Notes: a model not told the origin generated them from the sequence alone. A stretch of DNA of 64,000 bases from Dicyema japonicum (GCA_011109175.1 RDEW01000018.1:417091-481090), one strand, 5' to 3'. Counted from the first letter of the stretch, positions 38,470 to 52,592 are shown. A program made the numbers and translations.

Positions 38470-39108
38470 CGACCGAACAGTTTTCTTGAGATGGAGCACT
38501 TCGACTTCCTCTTTCTGACCACTTGTCTCCCTTGGACGGTTAGAAGCCATGGGACAACTTGCGTTGGTCCTCATTTGGTAGCGAGAGAATGCTTTCCGCG
38601 ACCATCTCGATCAAGTCTCAGTGCGGAAGGCGCAAAACTGAATATGCGCATCCAATCATGTATTGCGTTGTCCGGAGGTCATCTTCGATCGTTTTGGAAA
38701 TGGCCTCCGCAGCGACAGGTAGTACGGTCTTAGGAATCCTCATCGGGATAGTCAGTAAAGAACGTAATTCTGAGAAGAAGCGTAGGAACTTTTCATGGTC
38801 CGTGGTTGATGGGTAATTAACGGAAGAGATAACATTGGCGCTGGCACGGGGAACCTCCATGCATAAGACGAGGCATGACTGGCAGTGCCATACTTCAAGC
38901 ACGCTCGCTGCGGCTTGGGATAGCTTGATACACTCGAGGTGGAAAAAATCTTCACAAGCAGAGCAGGAGATCCCACGTTTCCGAGGTCTGACAAACCGAC
39001 AGACGAACACATCTCAGTTTACATGGCTGGTACCTTTTTCCTCTAAGTGGAAAAGTTATATTCAGGTGCCTTTTTTTCACAACAAACATAATCACAACAA
39101 CACGTATT
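38470..39108 (-). mobile_element. CRE-clade element 5' fragment with PHD-like finger
   Basis: ISCSACEDFFHLECIKL...WHCQSC and IPMRIPK are homologous to the start of the 43-kb element. Both share the 5'-end motif ACGTG(T/G)TGTTGTG. Confidence 0.8.
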
Positions 39109-39294
39109 ATCTGACCTTCCACAACATTTTTTTAAATTAAAGTTTAATATAAACCGATGGAATATTGAATCGCTATATTTGAGAGTTTGACATTTAGGAA
39201 TTTTAGCAGAATCTATAAAATAGAAAAAATCAGATATTATCGCGCAAACTGATTTGATAGTTGGAAATAATTAATTTATATTTCAGACTACGAA

Positions 39295-41603
39295 CATGGG
39301 AAAAGCAGACAAGCATATAGTGTTGGTGTGCATATGTGAAAGAAACATAAGAGAACAGCTCTTGAAGAAAATGAATATGGATGTGGATAACCATCCAGTT
39401 GGTTTTGATTCGACAATGTTAGAATGATGACAAGAAAGTACCAAACTTGTACGATTTTGCAGGGATGAAGTTTTTTATTTTTAATGAAAAGAAATTTAAA
39501 ATTAATGGAATTACCAAAACAACTTTCTACAAAACTGATCGTTTTTTAAATGTCGTCAACTCGATTATTGACTGCAAAGAAAAAAATATACCAATTGAAA
39601 GTAAAATTAATAAATTCACTCAGATTTCCCAATGTTAAATAAATGGATGGAAGATCCCTCTCAAGATACTAGTTCAAGGAAAATTAGACGTATTGTTATG
39701 AATTCTGATGAGGTTTACGTTGAAAAAGAATTATCGGATAAATTAAGTAAATAAAAATTTAATTTGCAGAAATTTTAGAAATAAATGTCAAAAACTTTTA
39801 CTACATGATGAAAGATGATAGGTTAAATGACTATCAAGAATATTCAAAAGTTTCTAATGCAAGAGAAACTTTTCGAAAAAAAGTTTTAGAACAGAAAAAT
39901 CTAACAGTTCCAGTGAAAAGTTATTAAGTTTTTTGGTCTCAATGAATCTGTATTTTTTTAAATTAATTAATTCCAGGATTTTGCTGAACCTTCACAGGAT
40001 TTCAAAATGTTAAATGAGCTTAGCAAAAATTTGACTAAAAAGATATTTAGGAAAATATTTTACTTTTTTAGGAATCTTTTTTTTCAGCGTTTTTAAACTA
40101 TGAAAAGTATACGTAAAATATATAATAATGTCAGTAAATTGCATGGGAATAATGATTACAGCGAACCTAATTTTTATGAACAGTTATTAACATTAGAAGT
40201 TGATTGGGTAAGCAATCGCAACAAATTGATAAAACCCGATATTTTAGATAAAGAGTCGTTAGAAACTTTCAGTCTTAACCAGTTTGAACCTTCAGTTTAA
40301 AAATTAATCAATTCTAGGATCTTGATAAACCATTTTTGGAATACATTGGCAAGGCGATAACATTCGTAATGACATTATATGAGAAATATTCATCTACCAG
40401 TCATAAACTCTATTAGTATTTTATTTTTTTAAATTAGTCGCGAAGTTAAAATTATTCTATATCAGGATTTAACATTACTGATTGTATATCCAGTGTTTTT
40501 TAAAAAAATACGTCCATTTTTTGTCAATAATAGCGAGACCTTTAAAGTATAAAATGACTCACTTTAGAACACTTTGGCTTGTTCTTGGAAGTCATTCCAA
40601 AATCTTGAAAATAATGAATCAACATTATTTACAACATCTGACGGGAATTTATTAGTAAAAACTATTTCCGAAAGTGAATTAAACATTCTCAAAACATTAT
40701 TTGATGACTATATCATGGTACATTATTTTTTGAGTTTTCAGCATTTTTTATTCAATAGAGACACTTTACTTACAAAAGTATACGGAATCTATAGTTATGA
40801 AGTTTACTATTTAGATATTGAATTTAGATGGAAAATAAAAGTGAGTCATTCATGGTTGTGAATAACATATTTTCCTGAGTAATCAATTTTTCAGAAAAAT
40901 ACGAATTTAATGAGATTACACAGTTTTTCAGTGAAGGGGAAAATCTAAACGTTTATTCGACGTATAAAAAAGAAGATTTTATGAATAACATCCGAATGGG
41001 CTCTTATTAAAGGGTGAACATTTTGATCTGATCATGAAAAATCTCGAAAAAGACACTAAGGTTATCTTCTTTGATAGTCTTTAGATGCTCGAAAAACAGA
41101 GAATTATTAACTACAGTCTACTTCTTGGAATTCAAGATTCATGTGAAGAGGTAGTTTTTAAATTTTTTCAAAGTTTAATTCTATGTTGAAAAAGGGGAGT
41201 CTCTTCTCGAATGGTAAAAAACTCAGTGACTGCCTGATTCCTGCTAAAACCTCGAATGGTTCAATTGTCTACCTCAGATTTGGGATTGTAGACATTTCTC
41301 AGAAGTACAATAAAACTGACGATTCGGAAAGTCAATTAAACCGTGATATTTCTTCAGAGGTTTGAAATTTATTTATGCCAGGATACATATGTTACCAGTT
41401 CAGTTTACTATCGTCAAAGACTTCTTTCTTTTGTCAGATCAATTCTACGTCCTGATTATGACGGTGAATTCCCTAAACAAATTTACTTAAAATATTTTCC
41501 CGAAAAAAGTGTGGAAAAAGAAATTTTTAACCTTGGTGTCAATGGAAAAGAATTTGATTTTGTCTATAACACATGGCCACCTGAGACAAGGTCCACACTT
41601 TAA
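39295..41603 (+). CDS. PIP5K-family lipid kinase-like protein with degenerate catalytic motifs; start uncertain; apparent frame breaks
   Basis: Spliced C-terminal half reads LFTTSDGNLLVKTISESE, TLLTKVYGIY, VVNNIF, TYKKEDF, LEKDTK|MLEKQRIINYSLLLGI and FGIVDISQKY, colinear with the PIPK domain. It has many 21-27-nt introns. Confidence 0.75.
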
Positions 41604-42134
41604 TTTAAATAGAGTTAATCATAATCATAGAATTAAAATTTATTATTAATATTTTTCTTAATATACGTAAACATAGAGCTTGTTAGCTATGTTGATGGCC
41701 ATATGTTTTTCCTAGATTATAGTATTCTTCATTCCAGTAAACGATGTAGTCTAGAGCGCGTGCTTTCAATAACCGAGGTAGCCCATTGTTACCGACAATC
41801 AGCTGTTGAGGAAGACATTATTGCTCGTAAAACCGGAAAATTCGTGTTGTTTTACTGAGGACAAATCCTAGAAGCATCCGCGTCGGAAATATGTCGGACA
41901 AGCTCGACGGCCGTTCGATTTGGGTTTTCTTTACTCATTTCAGCACAGAAATCCGAATAATCTGACGGATTTATATGGTTCTTATCAACATCAACCATTA
42001 ACCGCAACGTGTTAATAATTATATATATCTTTAATAGAATTATTTATTATTTATATTTTTTGATTTAAAATTATTTGAAAAATAATTAGTCATGTGAGAT
42101 ATACATAGAAAGCAATTAAAACAACCTATTCTAA

Positions 42135-45100
42135 AGGACCGGATAAAGATTGTAGGAAAAAAAGTCAAGTGAAAAAAGGTCAAATGGAAATAAAGTTTAT
42201 AAATTAAGATTTTTATTCATGATGGTTTCATTTTAAAGTTAGCGAGTTTAGAATAACAAATTATTTAAATAGTTAATTTCGGCTAATGTTAATGCTTTAG
42301 TTTGTAATTGCATTAAAATGTCCCGCCACATCTAAAACTACACGTGGTGGAAATAAATTCTAAAAATAAAACAAATTTTTTCTACTTTTAAAATTTTTTA
42401 AAAAATTTAAAATGTTATAAACATATGATTTTTAATTAACGTGAATCAAGAGATTATTTAATGTGAATCAAAAGAATATTTAATATTCCATGCAATTGCT
42501 TTTAGGGCTTCTCCTACTGTTTTTTTCCGTCCTGGCGATCCAGACATATATTTAAAAGCCTTTTTTGTCTATCAATCGTTTTTTATCTGTTCTTGTTGAA
42601 ATTCTTTTTCCAAAGGAATCCTGGCCAACACTAGTTTTCGTCATTTTTTCTTCTATAAATTTGGAGGAAACAACGAACCAATGTATATTATTCTATTTTT
42701 TCTTCCATATTTTCAATGGGTAAACACGCAAAGGCGTCTATCATTGCGCAAAAAATGTTAAAATTAATATTTTCTTTATATTGTTTTACTAGATGCAATT
42801 CTTGAATTTTTCTCCAGATTGACTGTCTTAGATAATAATAACATCCTCTAATATGTATTCGTCTCCCAAATACTGCAAGGACAGCTCGAAATACCGAATC
42901 TTCAAAGTCTGCCATAATAGTTTCAAGACAAAATTCCAAATTCAAAATATGAATTGCATTTTGAATAGCCTCAAAAAAATATTTGTAAATCTTTCGTGAT
43001 TTAGAAGGTAATATAATTGAACGTGGTGTTGTGGTGTATTGGCCGCCGTTCTACCGTTCTACTTTTTGGATTGAAGATGACAACGGAAAAGGATCCGAAA
43101 CCAACACCGAAACCCAAAGAGCATATTTCTCGCACGTCTATCCCCATTTTCTGTGGACAGGCAAACAAGAGGAAATATAGTATCCAATGTTCCTGTTGCC
43201 CAAATTTTGGACACCTTGGGTGCAACAAGCTGACAAGACGGACTGCTCAGTGTCTCCCAAGTTGGTCATGCCCCACATGCCTTGGGAACCCCACAAGGCA
43301 AAAGGAACCGCTCTCTGGTTCAGTCCTGGATCTATCTAACACGGACGAATGTTTACGCCGACTGAACCGGCTTGTATCAGAGAGGGTTATTCCACTCAGA
43401 ATCCCAAAATCGGTGCCTAGCAGCTGCCACGTGTCTCTCGAAACTAATCACCAAAGCAGTCAGTGACAACACCCAAGAAGCTTGGATTTCTCTGCTTTGC
43501 ACCTCTTGTCTCGGATCACATCCGACCGAACTGAAAACGGAATGTCAAGTCAATCATCAAAAAGAACGTTTCTAAATACGAAAGTATCAACCTGGCGGAT
43601 ACACTGGAAAGCATTTCGACTGCTGTTGACTCACCCTCTTCATCCAGAACAAAGAAAAGGGATCTTCGCAGAGAAATAAACAAGAAGATCATGGTCGGGG
43701 ACATTCGGGGAGCCCTACGTACACTCTCCAGCAGCGACAAGGTTCCTTCACCAAGCAAAGAAACCTTAGACCAGTTAGTCCAGAAACATCCGCCCGCACC
43801 AGCTGATCTACGTGACACGAAAATTCAAAAGGATGTCCCACAACTAAATGCCACCCCTGATGATATTAAATGAGCTATTCGTGCATTCCTTGAAAGCAGC
43901 GGCGCCGGTCTGGACGGCCTACGCCCAAGCCACATAAAAGACCTCACCTCTGTAACAACCGTCGACACAGGGGACTCCTTCATCGTCTCATTGAATGCTC
44001 TTACGAACCACGTTCTTCGGCAGATATCTCGGAGTATGCTCGAGAACTCCTCTTCGCTTCGAGGTTGGTAGCCTTCAAGAAGCCTTGCGGCGGGATAAGA
44101 TTCATCGCCATTGGTAACGTTCTTAGGCGCCTATCGTCGAAGATCGCTGCCAGAGCAGCTAGCAAGACTTTGAGTGCCAAACTTAGTCCTGTCCAATTCG
44201 GAGTTGGAGTACCTAATGGATGTGAAGCAGTAATACATTCAATCCGGAATTTTGTTGCCAGCCCTCCTGACGCGCAGGATTCAATTATAGTCAAACTGGA
44301 CATACGTAATGCATTCAATAGCATCCGAAGGATAGAATCATAGAAGATAGTGTCTCTAGGATTCCTGAGATCAGCAGGATGGTCAGACTCTCATATGGTT
44401 CCCCGTGTACGCTGATCTTTGGACAGCACGCCATCAACGCCAAGACTGGAGTCCAACAAGGAGACCCACTTGGCCCTCTACTCTTTGCTTTGGATATCGA
44501 CTGTGTATCATCTGCGATCAAAACTCCCTTGAACTTATGGTACCTTGATGACGCGACCATTGGGGGAGTTGGAAAATTGTTGTGGAAGAGATTAAACGCG
44601 TCATCCCTGCCCTCGCGGCACTCGGACTGGAGCCGAATCCATCGAAGTGCGAAGTTATTAACGTGACCTGTGGAGAGGACGCCTTTGAAATCGCAATAAC
44701 GACCATTTCTACTTGCCTCCAGGACATCAAAGTCACCCGACTAGAAAAGGCGATTTTCCTCGGATCTCCTCTGTATGACATGTCAACTGTCCTGGAGGAA
44801 AAGAGTGAATCCGTACAGCTGCTCACGCACAATCTAAAGGCTTTGGACTCCCACATTTCTCTCTTCATCCTCAAGAATTTTCACCTTACACCACTCCTTT
44901 TTTTCTACGAACATCCCCATGTTTCACAGACATGGATTTATTGAGAGTTATCGACGAGAAGCTGAGGACCTCTGTTAAAGAAACACTTAACATCTCTCTG
45001 GATAAAGCAGGGTGGACCCAATGCAAGTTACTACTTCGTTATGGAGGAATTGGGATACGCTCGCCACTTGAACTCGCCCTCCCAGCCTTTCTGTCTTCGA

Positions 45101-46200
45101 CATATGCTTCCCGTGGTCTAGTTCACCAGAGCTACATTAACGGATCGGACACTGAACCAATGGCATGCATGGCTCACGATGTTTGGATTGGACTTAATTT
45201 GGGACTCCCGAAAAACTTCAACTTCAACAAACAACGAGACTGGAACGAACTTGTATGTTCGAGGACCATCGATGAGCTAAAACCACAACTCGACCGCATC
45301 GTCTTGCTTGTCTGGCTACCGCATCAACAAACGTAAGTGGTGCATGGCTCAAAGCATTCCCGTGCATTTCACTCGGAACTTTTCTGGACGATGACTCCAC
45401 GAGGATTGGGGTTTCCGTCCGCCTCGAAATCGATGTTTGCGCAATCTATCGCTGTAAATGTGGAGGAATAGTCGACGCGAAAGGACTCCACGCACTTTCC
45501 TGCCGAAGAGCGCTGGAAGGAGCCTGAGACATAGTGCAATCAACAAGGTTATTGCGTGGGGACTAGAAGCTGCCGAATTCCCTGTCCAGATGGAGTTCCT
45601 AGGACTTGCCACGGCAAACAGAAGGCCGGATGGAGCGACTCTGTTCCCGTGGATGCTGGGAAGTACCTGGCCTGGGATGCCACCTGCGTAGATAGCTTCT
45701 CCCCTTCCAATATTACAATGAGTGAGAAAATCCAGGCTCAGCTGCAGAGAAAGCAGAAATACTTAAAGCAAAGAAGTACACATGCCTCGGCGAGCAGTAC
45801 ACATTTGAACCTGTCGCAGTCGAAACTTCGGGAGTCATAGGAAGCAGGTCGTTAGCCCTGCTCAACAAAATTGGATCGTTAGTCGCTAAAAGGAGGAGGG
45901 ATGTCAGAGAGAAGGGCTGGCTCATTAAGCGCATCTCCTTACAGATCGTAAGGGGAAATGCGCTCTCAATCCTGAGAGCAGCCAGTAGCCTTTAACTATT
46001 TGGTTTTATTCTTGAATAAATAAATTCAAATTAAAAAAAATATTCCATAAATAACTGTAATTGCACTGGCATAGAACTGAATCCTGATAAAATAGATTTG
46101 CTTGAAGATACATGGTGCCATGGAGAAATTTCAATCCATTTACCATGGGAACCCTCATTTATGTTAATTTAAAAAAAGAAAAATTATATTTATTACACGT
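42135..46200 (-). mobile_element. MULE (Mutator-like) transposon relic, split by the CRE insertion
   Basis: Right part NFSMAPCIFKQIYFIR...VIYG joins left part ILPSKSRKIY...IMADFEDSV...GCYYYLRQSIWRKIQ in frame once the CRE and one TSD copy are removed. An AAAAAAG(G)TC TIR-like array lies at ~42135-42190. Confidence 0.82.
43015..46038 (+). mobile_element. Full-length CRE-clade non-LTR retrotransposon (PHD-like finger - RT - CCHC - RLE), frameshifted
   Basis: ATG at 43077. Motifs CSCCPNFGHLGC...WSCPTC, GDIRGA, GVQQGDPLGPLLF, WYLDD, CKCG...HALSC, RRPDG...WDATCVD and RISLQIVRGN. Short A tail and 5-bp TSD AATAT (43010-43014 / 46039-46043). Confidence 0.93.
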
Positions 46201-47449
46201 TTGTGTTATAAAGATATACATCAGAGAAGCTGACTTTAGTTTAAAAATAGAGGGACTTGTATTGGTTTGTATACTTTAAAGTTAGTGAATCTAAGATTTA
46301 TTCTATTGCTACGGTATCTTTTTTTATAACCAATAAATTAAAGATTAAAGTTATTGATCCATATCAGATGATGACAGATCTTATATTCTTCTATCGAGAG
46401 ATGAAGCCATTTATCCACAAAAACTCAAACTTTATCAATCTCTTTGAAAAGATTTTAAATTTTCTAAAACCTAAAGAAAAAAATTTTACAAAAAGATAAA
46501 AGTAATTTTTAATGTATCATGCAGCCTTGTTTTCTCAGAAGATTTTGTTGATTCAATGAAAATAAGTTGAACTTTTTATGCAGTTGTTGATAAAAGCGAG
46601 CATTCCTACACCGAGGTATATTGCTCTGAGTTTAGAATAACTCTTATTTCTATAGTTTATTTTTCGTAAGATACCCATTTTTTCTAAGTTTCATTTCTTA
46701 TTATTATTTATTTTATTTATTAACCCTGAATACACCGAGAAAAAAGTTAAAGTAAGCAACTAATTAAATGTATCCAGTTTCCACTTCTACGGAAACGAAG
46801 TCCATCTGGAATCAGCAAAAAAGGTAAGACATTACAGTTTTCTTAGCTAAAGAAGCCATTCCAAATGAAGTAGTTTCACAGTTCTCATAAAAAATATATA
46901 AGAACCGTCTGATTTTACAAAATACAATTTATATTTTTTTAAATATATTAAAATTATCGCCAATAAATGAAACAATTTCTGTATCATGTTATGGGTGAAG
47001 CATCATCTGCTCCGTAACGAAATGAAAGCACGCACTTTGTATAATCGTTTTTTGGGGTATATAATAGCGAGTGCAATATTTTGGCATATAAACTTACCGA
47101 CAATGTAGAATGTCATTATTGCGACTTGCCAATTTGACGTAATTGACAGAAATCGAGAGTTTCGTTTTGGTGGTCTTATTCGAATAACAGGTTCTTCTTG
47201 TCCGTCGAATGTATAACAATTTTTTGTATGGTCCGCTGCTCTCACGTTTGGAATGCCAACAGTGAATTCTTAAAACGATCGACTTTAATGTAAAATTGTA
47301 AGCCTATTATTATTTATACCTTCACTAGAATCATAATAATTATGCAGAAAAAGAAATTTTTTTAAATGTTAATTTCTTACAATCACTACGGCACACCACA
47401 GTAATTAGCTAGAATTCCAAATGAGTCGAGGTCATCGTCGGACTTCAGT

Positions 47450-48140
47450 TGTTTTTTTACACGTTTATGGTCTTTTGAAGCTTGGCAGTTTTACCTAAAA
47501 CCTTTAATGGAAATGACTCATTAGAAAAACGTAGTATTCTTTTATCGCTCAGTTCCGTGAGGAAGTCTAATCATCACCAGGATGTTCCTTAATAGTCTCC
47601 AGCGAGACGCCATAAAGTTTGTATTACAACATATTTCTTATAGATTTTCTTTCCAATCAAGGATTATCCGTAATTCTGCATTTTCAAGTGGACATCCAAG
47701 AAAGTAGACTTGCTCACCTGGGAAGATAGATATGCCCGGCAATAGATTGTTAAAAATTCCTGCCTCTCAGAGGATTTCGTTTTTCAGGTTTAAAATATGA
47801 TGAGCTCAATTTTTATGTTGACTTGAAGGTCAAGATCATACTAGGCAGGTAACAAGTATGATGGACTCTTATATAAATTTCTGTATGTCCTTTAAATTCT
47901 TATGTCATCAAGATACCAGAGGTTGAAATCGAGTATCCATGAAACGATCCAAATGATCGATCGTCAATGAGAAGAAGAGTGTTGTAGAGTCAAAGGATAT
48001 ATACAAACGCTAGTGCCAATGAAGACTTTGGAAAGTATATAAGATGATGAGAGGCTTGGAGTATCGATGCCTAGTAAGATATAAAACGGCATAAAATGTC
48101 AACTTATGTTAGTCTCTGAATGTTAATTGTGCATCGACGT
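47450..48140 (-). mobile_element. Highly degenerate CRE-like RT relic
   Basis: The minus strand contains FNLWYLDD and VYFLGCPL blocks matching the 43-kb element. Confidence 0.55.
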
Positions 48141-48305
48141 GATGACATCTAACATGGTATTGAGGTTGGTTCCGAGAAGAAAGATCGAGTAAGATTAGAG
48201 CTATAAAAAATTTCTTTTACTTAAAATTAAAAAAAATATATTTATTGTCTAAAGTCTAATTTTTTTTAAATTAACTTAATTATAAATTCAAAATTTTGTT
48301 AGAAA

Positions 48306-50690
48306 ATGGAAATACCCTCATTATATGCGCATTGCCTTGATCATATTCAAACAGACTTTGATGAGAAAAAATATCAAAAATTAAATGAAAAAACTAAGAA
48401 AATGATTTTTAAAAGTTTATTTAAGGGAATGCTATATCCAAAGGATCCATATCTATATGAAAAGATAAATTACACAAATTCAAAGTTACACAAGATTTCT
48501 GATTTTGTTCAGAAAAATGTTTTCTGTGTTGAACTTACTCCTGACATTGACGTTAATGATGTTGTAAAGATGATTCAAGTTTATCCGAATTTATCGAACA
48601 TTAAATTATCCAACATAACTTCATCAGAAAAGAATCCTTTATTACCATTCTCACCCAATAACGTCAAATCATTTACACTTAAGCTATATAATGACCCAGA
48701 TTTACTACATTCCCTATTTATGACTGGATTTAACAAAATAACATCTCTTGAACTTGGCTATATGTGTTATGGTGAAAAAATTTTTAAAAATAGCACAATT
48801 AAAATAATGGATAAAGTGGAACACATCTACTTTATGAACATTGTAATTATAGATTTTGAAGAATTTGCTGCTAACTTAAACTGTCCAGAGGCGCTGTGGT
48901 TTAATTTATATAAAATTCAGTTATTTTACGCAAATGAATAATCGTCATTTTAATGAAACAGATGATACTTTTAAAGTTAATTGTATTCCTCTTCTCGAAA
49001 AAACCAACAATCTTAAATTTCTCGACATATCGGGATGTATTGTAGACATGGAGAAATTAACAAAGTTATCGATTATAATAATCATAGCTACTTGGGCAAA
49101 AAAGGATTTAAGAAAAATCATTTTGACAAATTTATAAGTTTCAATGTGAATATATATGAATCGGTAATTTTGACGATATAATATAGAATGAAAAAGAATT
49201 ACTTATAACTAGCTTAATCAGGTCTCTCTTCATGTTCAGAAATGAGGATGATTTGTATGAAATCTTAAATTGGATTTTCAGTTCGAATTACAAATTCCGA
49301 TATAAATTATTAAGTCGGTTTTTGAAAGTATTTTGAAAACATTAGTTTAGTTTTTGTGTCTTAAATCTAATTTTGAGTATAGAGATCCATATGAATTCTT
49401 GTAAGTGAATTATTTTACTCCAGCTTTATCTTAGCCAGGATTATTGAAAACTATCAAATATCGCATTTTAACCGTCGGTATGTGTTGATTTTATATTTAG
49501 TGTGATTTATTATGGCATTTGTAAATATTTTGAGTATTACCGAAATATTCGTCACGAACTGGTAAATTAATTTAAAATTTAAGGATTTTTGTGATTGTTT
49601 AAAGTTATTTCACTTTTTAAAACCATGGGAATCATCAATTTTCGTTTGCAAACTTTTCATTTTAGTTGCCTTCGTTTTCATTCATCCTTAAAGGAATTTC
49701 TTGTTGGTATGAAGACTATAGTCACGATTACGATACATATCGTTCTATTTTAAAAGATTTGAGCATAGAATATTTAACTTTTCTTGGATTTTCCGGACTT
49801 GTAAAAGTTTAAAATTAATGACAGGATTATTTTAGTATTGCTTTGATTCTTGTGAAACATGCTACGTCATGGGTTTTTGCATATTTAATTTTTTGAGATA
49901 TCTTCTAGGTATTTGAAATTATTTGTTTAGATGAAAATGACAAAAATGTGGATTTGTTTGTTGATTTGGATGGAGTTGCTCGAATTCACAATTTTTTAGA
50001 ACGATTTTCATTAGAAGCGGATCGAAACCTTAATATCATATTTATGAGTATAGAGATCATAATTCCAATTATTAAAGTTGTAGAAACTCTAGCTAAATTT
50101 CCAAACGTAAGAGGTTTACTTGTTTCGTGTGGAATAATAGAAGATTTATTGTAAAGTCGGTGTTTCATTAAAAGGAATCCTGATTACGATCAACTTGATT
50201 TTAATGCGCACTATTTTATCTGGAGTTGCATGTGTCTAATACTAGGAGATCCAAATATTATTTTTCCAACATTTTTAAAATTGAATATCGGTGATTTGAG
50301 TCCAAAAGATTCATTCTAAATAGGATTTGTCAATTTATTAAAGAAAATCCATATGAAGCAGACTGCGACATCCATAGTAGGTAGTTTAATTTTCTATGTC
50401 GTAGGTCTATGATACCAACAATAAAATTATTAAATATGAATACAGACGAGCGAATTTGGCTTTGGGTTGTGTGGGAATTTGCTAATTTAACCACTAAATC
50501 TCGTTATTCTTTACTTTAATATTAGCAAATCTTTTCATGGACATGTTGATTCCCCATAATATAATTCAGAAAATTGAGAATATATGTAGTCAATCCAACA
50601 TGGAAGAGATCCATTCCTACGCTGAGATTTTTAAAACAAATTACAATGTTGTTATTTTAATTATTTTAGGATTATATTAATCATCATTAA
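48306..50690 (+). CDS. ZYG11/ZER1-like protein, paralogue 2
   Basis: Same exon-intron structure as 31894-34241 and a near-identical 5' flank. One 1-nt frame break near 50310. Confidence 0.68.
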
Positions 50691-50829
50691 CAATAATTAA
50701 ATGTGAACCTAATTGCCATATTGATTTCTAAAAACTCATTATTTATAATTTTTCTCATCGATTGAGTTTGTTACGACGTCTCTATTATTATTATGTCTTA
50801 TTCGTATTATTTACCGACTAGTCTGTTAC

Positions 50830-51200
50830 TCTGGGAACGTTTGATTGAAAAGGATTTAAACAACCTTACAAGAAACACCAACTGACATGCGATCTAACAA
50901 AATAAACATCTCTCTCTGCTGTCTACAAAAGACAAAAACGACCATAGAATGTACAGAACTGTATGACAAATTCCACCTTTTTACCCTTTCATCGGCCTGT
51001 CAAAATTATTAGATTTGCAGTCCATCAAAACCTGATCCACTGTGATACAAGAGTGTGGCAGCATCTGATCGTGCCGCTGTGCTGCAAATCGGAAATAAAA
51101 TCTACTCACTCATTTTTTATAATGTACATACCCTAATCGTGCAAGTCTTAACAAAAATCGAAAAGCTGGACGCATTTTCTCATTTTCACGAATGTTAATA
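50830..51200 (+). mobile_element. RTE APE-domain relic
   Basis: ISLCCLQKTK...FHLFTL...FAVHQNL resembles the APE N-terminus of the 17.3-kb RTE. Confidence 0.5.
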
Positions 51201-51249
51201 AAAAAAATTCTCTTAGTGTAAAAATGGTACTCATAACTAATTTTAAGTA

Positions 51250-52150
51250 CATGGCTTCAATGACTTATGCAATGGCTGCGAAATTCTTTGAGACCTTTAC
51301 TTTGCTCCTACTACTTTTATTTTCATTTGTTTCGGCGAACTTATTTTAATAGTTCACACACGTGTTTGTGTGGAACTACTTCTGCCGCATTTCATTGAAG
51401 AACTTCTCCAGGCGATTCGACCGTTTTTGCCTCCGACAAAAGAACAAAGTAATTTGTGGTGGGAACGGTCCATTCTGCCCAGAGAGTGATTCCTCTCACG
51501 TGATGACGGCCCACTACGTAGTTACTACTGAGATATATGAATATGCTTACAGTAGTGTTCACCTCAAAATTGTTAGTGGATTTGATCGAGGTTCTGCGGA
51601 ATTTCCGAAATGCCCATTCGTGCTTATTTGCTGGCGACATGTCCCGTGGGATGGATCTAGTAAAAATATAGTTCAAATAGACACCAATTTTACCTAAAAG
51701 TTGTGACTGCGGGTTATTTAGATGCTGACTTTCCTCAATTTTACAAAACTCTCCGAGGAGACTGTCATAGGATTTTTACAATATTAGAAGAGCAAGTCAA
51801 CTGAATTTGAGGAACATGTACTCTTCCTTTCCTCTGGTCGCGTCATTGGATCTTCATTACTCAAGAGACGCCCAATTTGGTCGGCATTCAGAAGAATCAT
51901 TTATTAGAGAGACAATTTCGTTGTCTGGCAACGAGTTCTGGAATCTAATTCAGCTTCCAAACGTTCTCTAGATCATTGTGCTGGAAAGAAGGTCCTGCTG
52001 GAACTCTTCAGTGCCAAGGAATTAGTTATTTTTTTACCATCGGTCTTTGAATAATTTTATTATGGATTGCATCTTGTGAATTGACACAACTTACATAGCG
52101 AATAGAATGATGGAAGTCTATTATGCTTGTAGAAAGCTTATGTGTATAAG
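51250..52150 (-). mobile_element. MULE-like transposase relic
   Basis: The order of degenerate blocks (..LPDNEIV.., LALL, YLNYIF, EWAF...STNNFE) resembles the Mutator C-terminal region. Confidence 0.4.
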
Positions 52151-52592
52151 GTTAAAGTTAGTTCCACAATTGTAACCCAATAATTACCTAAGGACTCTAT
52201 ATTGGGGGTTGAACACTACGTACGATCTGGAAACTGGTAAACAATAAAAAGGGTTGATGGCAAAAACATTTAAGCTGTGTTTAAGACTGCACATAGGGTA
52301 CTATATGTACTATGGTTAAGTTAACAGTGCTTATTAAGAAATCTGATCACGTGCTCAAGTAACGTGCCAAATGTCAAAGTTTAATTTCGGAAATCTGTTT
52401 TTAATGCTTAATTATAACTTTATTTAATTAATATATTTTAGGAACGTGTATAAGCTAAGAAACTTAAAAATTTAGATACTATGAAATTACTCAAGAAGTC
52501 TGGCTGAACTCGTCAAGACATGTGAGTACTTCAAATAAATCGGGTTTCACTTAGAATTGAAATATTGATATCAAATAAATAAGCTATTAAAT

